Origin: an uncultured Gemmataceae bacterium
Lineage (GTDB): Bacteria > Planctomycetota > Planctomycetia > Gemmatales > Gemmataceae
Length of the DNA: 64,000 nucleotides
Assembly (NCBI GenBank): GCA_963750165.1
Contig: CAVVPN010000012.1
Location: forward strand, 672,001 to 736,000
Reading direction: 5' to 3'
A model generated the notes under the pieces. It searched no databases. It was not told where the DNA came from and saw nothing but the letters and a program-made list of their open reading frames with translations. Numbering within the stretch: position 1 is the stretch's first letter; every line of letters begins with the position of its first letter. A program made the position numbers and the translations under genes. Shown in pieces: positions 56,200-64,000 of the stretch.

Positions 56200-56863
56200 G
56201 AGCCTTCTCCTCGACGGGAATGACCTCGTAGCCGATGACCATCGCCCGGAAATTGTTCCAGCCGGCGCGGATCACCTGGGTGATGTGAATGACGAAGAAC
56301 AGCACGTAGCCGACGGTCAGTAGAAAATGCTCGAAGCGCGCCCATTCATAGCCGCCCAGGCAAGTCGCCAGCCAGGCCAGCTGCACCGGCTTGTAGATCG
56401 CCAGCCCCGTCAGCAGCGAACCGGCGCCCATCAGGATGACGGAGGTGTAAGCGATGCGCTGGGCGCCGTTGAACTTCGCCCGCGGCAACGGCTCCCTGCG
56501 GATGCCCAGGTCGTGCAGCACCACCTGCCACGCCTCGGCGAACGAGCGCCGATTCGGCAACAGGTGCCGCCATTCGCCCGACACGAAGGTGTAGGTAACG
56601 TACGCGATGCCGTTCAGCGCGAACAACCACATGACCGTGAAGTGCCAGGCCATGCCCTCGGCCAGCCGGTATCTCACGCCCAGCGCCCTGTAAAAGGAGT
56701 CGGGGAAAAAGTGGAAGAGGACGATGTCGCCGACACGGATTTCGTAGACGTCGTTGGCCCAGTAAATGAGCAGGCCGCTCCAGATCATCAGGGTGAGCAG
56801 GGGCACGTTGATCCAGTGCAGCCAGCGGATCACGCGCGGGTGTTTGGCTTCCAGTCGGCGCAT
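56192..56863 (-). CDS. Cytochrome b/b6-type membrane subunit (Ni-hydrogenase cyt b family)
   Basis: R.LHW.N, WHF, K.N.AQR..Y, TGL...KP.Q, AR..HF, IH..V: four His ligands in TM helices. Confidence 0.92.
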   Translation of the reverse strand: MRRLEAKHPRVIRWLHWINVPLLTLMIWSGLLIYWANDVYEIRVGDIVLFHFFPDSFYRALGVRYRLAEGMAWHFTVMWLFALNGIAYVTYTFVSGEWRHLLPNRRSFAEAWQVVLHDLGIRREPLPRAKFNGAQRIAYTSVILMGAGSLLTGLAIYKPVQLAWLATCLGGYEWARFEHFLLTVGYVLFFVIHITQVIRAGWNNFRAMVIGYEVIPVEEKAHG

Positions 56864-56923
56864 GCGTGGTCTCCCGTAAGGGCGGAGCCGGCCTCCGTGC
56901 CGGCCGCGCGGTTCCCGGTTCGC

Positions 56924-57172
56924 TCAGTTCTGGCCTTCCATCTTGTCGCCCTTGCCGCTCATCTTGTCACCCTTGCCGCTCATCTTGTCGCCCTGACCAC
57001 CCATCTTGTCACCCTTGCCCTCCATCTTGTCGCCCTTCTTTTCCATCTTGTCGCCCTTCTTTTCCATCTTGTCGCCATCGCCGGACTTGGTGTTGGAGAC
57101 GCAACCGACGATGCCGATCACAAGGGCGATCGCCAGGAACAGGCCAGTCAGCAGTGCGCATTTGCGGAGCAT
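56924..57172 (-). CDS. Met-rich repeat lipoprotein (7 x GDKMxxK; MXKDX/MrpX-like), 82 aa
   Basis: GGAGG RBS; MLRK + hydrophobic stretch + IVGC lipobox; GDKM heptads. Confidence 0.88.
   Translation of the reverse strand: MLRKCALLTGLFLAIALVIGIVGCVSNTKSGDGDKMEKKGDKMEKKGDKMEGKGDKMGGQGDKMSGKGDKMSGKGDKMEGQN
56939..57076 (-). repeat. 21-bp coding tandem repeat, 7 copies
   Basis: CATCTTGTC at 56939, 56960, 56981, 57002, 57023, 57044 and 57065. Confidence 0.95.
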
Positions 57173-57345
57173 GAGATGTCCTCCCGAGAAAAAGTGAGCC
57201 CGTCGCGCCAGGGCCGCGGCCGGGACCACCCCGGCGCGTGTTCTGGCGTGTCGTTCCGGCACGGTCACCATCCGATGTGGGACGCGGCGAACGAGATGAT
57301 GTTCAGGCGACGGCGTGGGCAGCGGCCGTCGAATGTACAACGGTT

Positions 57346-57373
57346 GGATGCGGACGGCTAAGGGGGGGTTACA
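57346..57373 (-). promoter_or_regulatory. Putative ECF-sigma promoter of the Met-rich/cyt b/MsrP operon
   Basis: TGTAAC (57373-57368)-17 nt-CATCC (57350-57346); the AAC -35 core is typical of ECF promoters. Confidence 0.5.
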
Positions 57374-57430
57374 GAAAAATCAGACGGACAGGTGGGAGTG
57401 CTATGTTTCGTGGGGCCACCACCGGATCGC

Positions 57431-57485
57431 AAAGGGGACGCAGCTCAAATCAGGTGATTCGCCCGATTTGAGCTGCGTCCCCTTT
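57431..57485. repeat. REP-like palindrome
   Basis: AAAGGGGACGCAGCTCAAATC / GATTTGAGCTGCGTCCCCTTT perfect arms. Confidence 0.85.
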
Positions 57486-57663
57486 TTGCATCAGCGTCCC
57501 GGATCATGAGCGCCGGCGGCAGCCCCTTGTGCGGGTCCGCGGTCAGCGTTTTCAGCACGCCGATGGCCGACTCCACCGTGCTCAGTTCGCGAAGGCCGGC
57601 ATTCACCGGGGCGGCCGCCAGGGCCAGCACGCCCACCGCCAACCACTGCCAGCGCTTGAACAT
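57486..57663 (-). pseudogene. N-terminal fragment of a probable lipid-binding SYLF/Ysc84 protein, truncated at the palindrome
   Basis: Signal peptide + RELSTVESAIGVL..L...P.KGLPPAL..RDA resembles SYLF-protein N-termini; the frame then runs into the palindrome. Confidence 0.55.
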
Positions 57664-57835
57664 TCGACACTTCCATTTCGTGGGATGAGGGGGCGATCCC
57701 CTGGGCGCGGCGGGACGGTAGCCGGGGCGGTCGGCCGCGTCAAGGCGGGCTGCCGCTACCGGCGCCCGGCGGCGCCTCCTACCTTATCAGGGTTGCCGGT
57801 GCTGGATTCCGCGTTCCCGAAACCTGGAAAACGAC

Positions 57836-58741
57836 ATGAAACACAGCGAAGTTATCCGCAACGCCCGCGACCTGTCCGCCCCCTATCGTGTCAACAAGGG
57901 GGCGAAGTTCCGCCTCAAGGACTACGACCCCGCCGACATCGGCGATCTCAAGGACCAGGACAAGCCGCGCGCCGACCAGGCGCTGCAGAACGGCATCAAG
58001 GAACTCGCCCGCTTGCAAGACGTGCTCTACGCCAACGACCGCTGGGCGCTGCTCATCATCTTCCAGGCGATGGACGCGGCCGGTAAGGACGGCGCCATCA
58101 AGCACGTCATGTCCGGCGTCAACCCGCAGGGCTGTCAGGTCTACTCCTTCAAGCAGCCCTCCGCGGAGGACCTCGACCACGATTTCCTCTGGCGCTGCGT
58201 TCGCTGTCTGCCGGAGCGCGGCCGCATCGGCATCTTCAACCGCAGTTATTACGAGGAAACCCTGGTCGTCCGCGTCCATCCCGAAATCCTGAAGAAGCAG
58301 CAACTGCCGGAGCCACTCGTCAGCAAGCACCTCTGGGACGAGCGCTTCGAGGACATCCGCAATTTCGAGCGCCACCTGACGCGCAACGGCACCGTCATTC
58401 GCAAATTCTTTCTCAATCTCTCGCGGGAGGAGCAGAAGCAGCGGTTTCTCGCACGGCTGGAAAAGCCCGAAAAGAACTGGAAATACTCCGCGGCGGACAT
58501 CCGCGAACGCGCCTTCTGGGACGACTACATGAAGGCTTACGAGGAGACGATCCAGAACACCGCGACGGAGGAGGCGCCCTGGTACGTGGTGCCGGCGGAT
58601 AAGAAATGGTTCACGCGCGTGGTCGTGGCCGCCGCTGTCATCGACGCGCTCGCCGGCCTCGACCTGAAATACCCGGAGGTCAGCGCGGCCCAGCGCCAGC
58701 AACTGGCGGACGCCCAGGCGGCCTTGCTGGCGGAAAAATAA
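57836..58741 (+). CDS. ppk2: Polyphosphate kinase 2 family protein (class III-like)
   Basis: [53 protein letters not shown]. Confidence 0.95.
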   Translation: MKHSEVIRNARDLSAPYRVNKGAKFRLKDYDPADIGDLKDQDKPRADQALQNGIKELARLQDVLYANDRWALLIIFQAMDAAGKDGAIKHVMSGVNPQGCQVYSFKQPSAEDLDHDFLWRCVRCLPERGRIGIFNRSYYEETLVVRVHPEILKKQQLPEPLVSKHLWDERFEDIRNFERHLTRNGTVIRKFFLNLSREEQKQRFLARLEKPEKNWKYSAADIRERAFWDDYMKAYEETIQNTATEEAPWYVVPADKKWFTRVVVAAAVIDALAGLDLKYPEVSAAQRQQLADAQAALLAEK

Positions 58742-58750
58742 CGACCCACC

Positions 58751-59839
58751 TCACGCCGCCGCGCCGCCCTGCTCGCGCTCGAACAGCGGCCCCAGCGGCG
58801 CCGGCAGGTGCAGCGGTCCCGTGGCGCCGTGGGCAGTGCCCTCCCACGGGTGCGTGCGGATGCTCTCCAGCACGCGCGTCGCCAGGGCCATCGCCATCAG
58901 GCCCTCACGGCCGCCAACCCGCGGCGCCCGCCGCTCACGCACACAGCTGACAAAGTCCTGCAACTCCAGCGTCAACTGGTCGCCCTCGGGCCGGTGCAGT
59001 TCCAGCGTCTCCAGATAGCGGCCGTACCACTCGTCCTTGAGTCGCGCCTGCGCCGTTGCATCGGGTTTGCGGCCGGCGTGCCGCTGCTTTAGCTCCTCGC
59101 TCGGCTGCACCAGCGTCAGCCGCCGCTCATGGAAGTCCAGCCGCACGTATCCCTCGGGCGCCCAGATCTGCATCCGCCGCACCGCCGTCGGGTGGGCGCG
59201 GCTCGCGGTCACGTTGGCGACGCAGCCGTTGGCGAACAGCAGCCGGGCGCCGGCCATATCCTCGTGTTCGCTCAGCAGCCGTAGCCCCAGCGCCTCCACG
59301 CGCCGCACCGGCGAGCGCACCAGCGCCAGCAGCAAGTCCAGGTCGTGAATCATCAGGTCCAGCACGACGCTCGTGTCCGTCGAGCGGCCGCTGAACGGCC
59401 CCAGTCGCTCGCAGGTCACGAACTTCGGCTGCAGCCGCCGCCGGGTCAGCTCCTCGAAGGCGGGGTTGAAGCGCTCGATGTGGCCGACCTGCAGGATCGT
59501 CTGCTGTCGCTGGCTCAGCTCAACCAGGGCTTCCGCCTCTTCGAGCGTCGCGGCCAGGGGCTTTTCCACCAGGACGGGGATGCGGTGCTGCAACAGTTCC
59601 GTGGCCAGCGCCGCATGGCAGCGCGTCGAGGCGGCCACGGTCGCGGCGTCGAGGCGGCCCAGCAGCGGCCGCAGTTCGGCGAACGCCTCGGTGCCCAGCC
59701 GCTGCGCCACGGCCCCGGCCTGCTCCGCGTTCGTGTCCACGACGCCGACCAGCTCCACGTCCGGCAGGCCGGCGACCACGCGGGCGTGCGCGCTGCCCAG
59801 GTGTCCCACGCCGATCACGGCCATCCGTAGCCGCGCCAT
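58751..59839 (-). CDS. Gfo/Idh/MocA oxidoreductase (GnnA-like, lipid A pathway context)
   Basis: VIGVGHLG..HAR, VEKP, VGHIERFNPA, V.LDLMIHDLD, TASR; downstream of lpxC. Confidence 0.9.
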   Translation of the reverse strand: MARLRMAVIGVGHLGSAHARVVAGLPDVELVGVVDTNAEQAGAVAQRLGTEAFAELRPLLGRLDAATVAASTRCHAALATELLQHRIPVLVEKPLAATLEEAEALVELSQRQQTILQVGHIERFNPAFEELTRRRLQPKFVTCERLGPFSGRSTDTSVVLDLMIHDLDLLLALVRSPVRRVEALGLRLLSEHEDMAGARLLFANGCVANVTASRAHPTAVRRMQIWAPEGYVRLDFHERRLTLVQPSEELKQRHAGRKPDATAQARLKDEWYGRYLETLELHRPEGDQLTLELQDFVSCVRERRAPRVGGREGLMAMALATRVLESIRTHPWEGTAHGATGPLHLPAPLGPLFEREQGGAAA

Positions 59840-59861
59840 GCTTGTCTCCACTTGCCTCTTA

Positions 59862-60273
59862 CTTCCCTCGCCCTCTTCAGGGGGAGAGGGCTTTGGTTCG
59901 TAGTACCGGCTTTAGAGCGCGTTGCGTTCGGGTGTCGCGGGTTCTTCGCCCCGAAGGCGCGGGACAACTTAGCCCCGGGCAACGCCCTGGGGACGCCGAT
60001 GCGAGCCCACCCGCTTCTCTCTTCCGTGTCCTGAAGGGGCACCCCAAGCGTTGTTGTGGTGCCCCTTCAGGGCACGGAAGAAAGCAGGGTAACAGTCGCC
60101 TCCCTGGTTCCCAGGGCGTTGCCCGGGGCTAAGTTGTCCCGCCCCTTCGGGGCGAGAGACACGACCGCTACCGTCGTCTGCGAACCGCTCTAGCCGGAAG
60201 CAGACGGTCAGATTCCGCCAAAAGGCGGTACTACGAACCAAGACCCCCTCCCCCTGAAAGAGGGCGAGGGGAG
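59862..60273. mobile_element. Triply nested palindromic (REPIN/MITE-like) element
   Basis: Outer arms 59862-59913/60221-60273, middle arms 59946-59991/60110-60155 (45/46 match), inner arms 60021-60043/60058-60080 (22/23 match). Confidence 0.8.
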
Positions 60274-60281
60274 AACATGGT

Positions 60282-61160
60282 TCACGCCGCACAGCGTTGC
60301 AGCGCCGCCTGCGGCAGCTGCCGCGCCAGCGCCTGCACCAGTTCGACGTTGAGCGGATGGCCCGAACGGTACGCCACCAGATGGCCGCGCACGTCCTGGC
60401 CCAGCAGCGACAGGTCGCCCAGCAGGTCCAGGATCTTGTGCCGTGCCGGTTCGTTGGCGAAGCGCAGCGTGTTCTCGATCGGCCCGCGCGGGCCGAACAC
60501 CACCAGGTCCGTCACGCGCGTCTGCTTGCCCAGCCCCTGCCGGCGCAGTTCGTGCGCCTCACTCTCCAGCAGGAACGTGCGGCAGGGGGCGATCTCATTG
60601 ATAAAACTCTCCGGCGTGACCCGCAGTGTGTGCGACTGGCGGCACAGCGGCGTCCAGCAGCCGTAGTCCAGCACGTAACTGACCCGCAACTCATCGTCCG
60701 CCGGATGGAGCGCCAGCGTGGCGCCCGCGCTGGCGACGACCAGCGGTCGGGAGACGGTCCAGACCGCCCGCCGCGCCGCCTGTAACGTCACGCCTGCCCG
60801 GTGCAGCGCCGCGACGAACGCCTCCGCGGAGCCGTCCAGGCCAGGCGGCTCCGGGCCGTTCAGCTCCAGCGTGCAGTTGTCGATGCGCAGGCCGGCCAGC
60901 GCCGCCAGCACATGCTCGACCAGGCTGACCGTCAGCGACCCGTGCCCAAGGGTGGTCCGCCGCTGCGTGCCGGTGACGCGATTCACCACCGCCGGCAGCC
61001 GCGCCTGCGGCCCCAGATCGGTGCGCACGAAGGCGACACCGGCGTCCGGCGCTGCCGGCGTGAAGCGCAGCTGCACCCGCGCTCCCGTCAGGTAGCCGAC
61101 GCCTTCCACCTCGACCGGCCGGGCGACCGTCCGTTGATAGCGATACCCAAGCTTTCTCAC
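60282..61160 (-). CDS. lpxC: UDP-3-O-acyl-N-acetylglucosamine deacetylase
   Basis: QRT...V...GVG..TG, F.RTDL, VEHVLAAL.GL.IDN, EPP.LDGSA, EIAP.RTF, RFANEP.RHK.LD..GDL, SGH.LN. Confidence 0.96.
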   Translation of the reverse strand: MRKLGYRYQRTVARPVEVEGVGYLTGARVQLRFTPAAPDAGVAFVRTDLGPQARLPAVVNRVTGTQRRTTLGHGSLTVSLVEHVLAALAGLRIDNCTLELNGPEPPGLDGSAEAFVAALHRAGVTLQAARRAVWTVSRPLVVASAGATLALHPADDELRVSYVLDYGCWTPLCRQSHTLRVTPESFINEIAPCRTFLLESEAHELRRQGLGKQTRVTDLVVFGPRGPIENTLRFANEPARHKILDLLGDLSLLGQDVRGHLVAYRSGHPLNVELVQALARQLPQAALQRCAA

Positions 61161-61188
61161 GGCGTTGTCTTCCTTGACAGGGAAAAAG

Positions 61189-61268
61189 AATTGCAGATTT
61201 GAGATTGCAGATTGCAGATTGAAAAGACCATCCGCGTCTTTTCAATCTACAATCTGCGGCTTGCAATT
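61189..61268. repeat. GATTGCA heptamer palindrome
   Basis: TTGCAGATT repeats facing AATCT(A/G)C repeats around GAAAAGAC/GTCTTTTC. Confidence 0.75.
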
Positions 61269-61270
61269 GC

Positions 61271-61936
61271 TTAGCGTGGCCCGGGCGCCGGGGACGGGCC
61301 GCCGCCACCACCGCCATACGGGACGTTCAGGTTGGTGATGACTGCCGTGGAAATGTCCAGCCCGGGGTGGAAGTACATCGGCACCGTGCAGCCAGTCTGG
61401 GCGGAGCCGGCGAGCTTGCGCTGGATGTTCTCGGCGGTGTAGCGCTCGGCGGGGGTCTCCGGGTCAGTGTACTGCATCACCAGGGTGAAGCCGTTGCTGA
61501 CGGCGTAGCGCGACACGGCCTCCTCGATCTCCTTGTACAGCTGCACCAGTTGCTCTTCGCGCTTCTTCTTGACCTTCTTGCTGGCGTCCATCTCCAGGTC
61601 TTCCAGCATGCGCTTGGTGTTGCGGGCGGCACCTTCCCACTGCTCCTTTTTCGTCGGGTCGGCCTTCGGATCCTGGGCGGCCTTGGTCCAGGCCGTGATG
61701 TCGTCTTTCATCTTCTGGGCCTGATCGCGCAGGGGGCGGACGATGTCCTCGACTTCCTTGTCATACAGCTTGGTCTTGGCGTAGCCCTTGAGGACGGCGT
61801 GCAGGTTGACGACGGCGACGCGCGTGGTGGCCGGGGCCGGTTGCGGTGCCGGCTGCTGGGCGAGCAGGCGGGCACCGCAGTACAGGCCGGCGCACACGGT
61901 CGCCAGGCCCGTGACGATGAGGACCGTTTTCTTCAC
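61271..61936 (-). CDS. skp: OmpH/Skp family periplasmic chaperone
   Basis: Signal peptide; VAVVN...V.K.Y; coiled coil; Y..I...V..YA...G.TLV; LDIS..VI..LN; upstream of lpxC. Confidence 0.85.
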   Translation of the reverse strand: MKKTVLIVTGLATVCAGLYCGARLLAQQPAPQPAPATTRVAVVNLHAVLKGYAKTKLYDKEVEDIVRPLRDQAQKMKDDITAWTKAAQDPKADPTKKEQWEGAARNTKRMLEDLEMDASKKVKKKREEQLVQLYKEIEEAVSRYAVSNGFTLVMQYTDPETPAERYTAENIQRKLAGSAQTGCTVPMYFHPGLDISTAVITNLNVPYGGGGGGPSPAPGPR

Positions 61937-62085
61937 TGTCCGTTCTCCTCACATACGAGTTGGCCGCCGCCTCGGGCCGCGTTCCGCGCTGGCACCGAAC
62001 CGCGACGTTGGCTGTTCCAGCCGTCCCCCTTCCATGCTCCGTAAAGGGAGGTCCGGGTTGTATCCAAGTGGTCGGAGCAAATCAA

Positions 62086-62197
62086 GAGCAGAGGTCAGAG
62101 GTCAGTAGTCAGTGAAAATACAGAGGAGTTGGAGTCTCGGGTTATTCCCAAGCGCCCCAACCCTTCTGTCTTCCACTGGCCACTGACCACTGATCAC
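62086..62197. repeat. GTCAGxG heptamer palindrome
   Basis: GAGGTCAGAGGTCAGTAGTCAGTG ... CACTGGCCACTGACCACTGA. Confidence 0.65.
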
Positions 62198-62268
62198 TGC
62201 TCTTGGCCCGTCCGCCCATCCCTGGTATGATCCGCCGCTGGTGTGACCCTCTCCGGGAAGGATGGGTG

Positions 62269-62706
62269 ATGCGCGCAAGGAGGCGAACAGGCTGGGGCCG
62301 GGCGGTCGTGCTCGGTCTGCTGCTGCTGGCCGGCTGTCAGGGACAGCCGCCGGCCCTGACGCAGGTGCGCGGCAAGGTCTGGTACAAGGGCGTGCCGCTG
62401 CGCGGCGGCACCATCGTGTTCACGCCGGATGCCAACCGCGGCCACAGCGGCGATCCCGCCGTTGCCGAGGTCCAGGCCGACGGCAGCTATCAACTCAAGA
62501 CCGGCGACGCCTGGGGCGCCGCTCCCGGCTGGCACCGCGTCACCCTCGCCGCCGTGTCGCCGGGATCCACCTCGCTGAAAGGTCACCCCTACAACCCACT
62601 GCCACGGTCGCTGCTGCCCGACCGCTACCGCGACCCGGAACTGTCTGGCCTGCGCTGCGAGGTCAAACCTAATAAGCCGAATTCGATTGATTTCCAGCTG
62701 GAATGA
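62269..62706 (+). CDS. Planctomycete lipoprotein (carboxypeptidase-regulatory-like fold)
   Basis: LLAGC lipobox; V.GKV.Y.G.PL.GG.I.F.P, DGSY.L, GA.PG.HRV, P.RY.DP..SGL..EV....N.IDF.L. Confidence 0.88.
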   Translation: MRARRRTGWGRAVVLGLLLLAGCQGQPPALTQVRGKVWYKGVPLRGGTIVFTPDANRGHSGDPAVAEVQADGSYQLKTGDAWGAAPGWHRVTLAAVSPGSTSLKGHPYNPLPRSLLPDRYRDPELSGLRCEVKPNKPNSIDFQLE

Positions 62707-62722
62707 CGGGCCCGCCAACCGT

Positions 62723-64000
62723 TCACGCCGCCGGCAGCCACACATCAAAGCGCGTGCCCTGGCCGGGCCGGCTGGTCACCTCAATGCGGCCGCCGAAGCC
62801 GTGAACGATCTGCTGCACCACCGCCAGGCCCAGACCGTGGCCGTGTTCTTTCGTCGAGAAGAACGGGTCGAAAATCCGTGCCAGCACCCGCTCGTCCATG
62901 CCGATGCCGGTGTCCTCGACCACGAGCCGGCCCCACACCTGGCTCTCGGCGTCCGGCTCCCGACTCGTGCCCACCGTCAACGTGCCGCTCTGGCCCAGGG
63001 CGTCGCGGGCGTTCAGGCACAGGTTCAACAGCACCTGGTGCAATTGTGACTCGTCTGCCAGCACCAGCAGCGGGCCCTCGTGCAACTGCGCCAGCAGCGT
63101 GACGCCGTGCGGTAGCCCCGGCCGCAGCAGTTCCAGGGTCCGCTGCACCACCGCGTTGGCGTTCACCTGCCGCGATGGGAAACGCCGCTGCTTGCTGAAC
63201 GTCAACAGCTGGCCGGTCAGCTCCGCCGCGCGCTCCGCCGCCTGGGTCAGGTAGTGCAGGTCCTGCTGCGCCTCGTGGCCGCCCGGCAACTGGCTGCGCA
63301 CGGACTCCGCAGCGCTGAGGATGACCGTGAGCAGGTTGTTGAAATCGTGGACGACGCCGCTGGCCAGCCGGCCAACCAGCTCCAGCCGCTGCACCTTTTG
63401 CAGGTCGCCCTCCAGCCGCCGTTGCTCCGTGCGATCAACGATCAGGAACGTGCTGCCGGCGGTGGTGCCGCCGCGGTCCAGCGGCTGCGCCAGGGCGTAG
63501 CCCACCCGCTCGGCGCCGCCCCGGGTCCGCAGGCGGAACTCGCCGGCCGGTCGCTCGCCCGCCAACGCCTTGCGGTGCAGTTGCTCCAGCGCCGCCGACT
63601 CCTCCGCGGGCACCAGCAGTTTCCACGCCTCCGGGCCGGTCAGTTCGTCGGCGGCGAAGCCGGTCAGCGCCCGCGCCGCCGGGTTGACGTACAGCACCCG
63701 GCCGTCGCGGTCGAACTGCACGACCATCAACGGCAGCGTCTCGACCAGGCCGCGGTACTTCTCCTCGGATTGCCGCAGCACTTCCTGGGCGTGACGGTGG
63801 GCGGTCACGTCCGCGAAGGTGGTGACCACGCGCGGCCCCATGACGGTGCCGCCGGCGATCCGGCCCGCCAGCGGCATGGTGTTCACCAGGACCCAGCGCA
63901 CCTCCGTCCGGCCGTTGCCCGCGCGTGCGCATCACCGCCGACGATGCCGCCGTTGGCGCCGCGTGGTCGGGAATGCCCATGACCACGTCGCGCACCGCCC
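62723..64000 (-). CDS. PAS-domain sensor histidine kinase (5' end outside window; apparent frameshift at ~63901-63935)
   Basis: PAS (YVNPAA..LTG), GRLASGVVHDFNNLL, NLCLNARDA, DTGIGM, FDPFFSTK, GLGL; upstream VRDVVMGI is in a different frame from RWVLVN. Confidence 0.9.

Overview
High-GC bacterial chromosome segment, most likely from a planctomycete of the Gemmataceae type. The evidence is DUF1559 and DUF1501 genes, two PVC-type CxxCH heme/HEAT dehydrogenases, a TPR-alphaCTD protein and a Gemmata-type 'DALEEAGC' domain. It is mostly housekeeping and metabolic: secA, waaA, rho, glgX, coaD, miaA, dnaE, comM/yifB, ppk2, lpxC and skp. No rRNA, tRNA, CRISPR array, transposase or prophage was seen. 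The most interesting signals are non-coding or very small. (1) A canonical c-di-GMP-I riboswitch has its own sigma70 promoter but no convincing downstream gene; it is enclosed in a long-range stem and points antisense into a sulfatase. (2) A ~200-nt candidate sRNA, bounded by a promoter and a terminator, is rich in anti-Shine-Dalgarno motifs. (3) An ECF sigma/zf-HC2 anti-sigma pair sits beside an MsrP-like oxidoreductase, a cytochrome b and a Met-rich heptad-repeat lipoprotein, probably an oxidative/chlorine-stress module. (4) There is a 33-aa very basic peptide that may be a ribosomal protein. (5) A paired 51-bp repeat element occurs at two loci with its variants swapped. (6) A ~410-bp triply nested palindrome lies in the lpxC operon, among many other REP-like palindromes. 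(7) AT-rich codon patches fall at or near intein insertion sites in dnaE. Four genes carry single frameshifts, which may be assembly indels. All calls come from reading the sequence and recognising motifs; no database searches were run.
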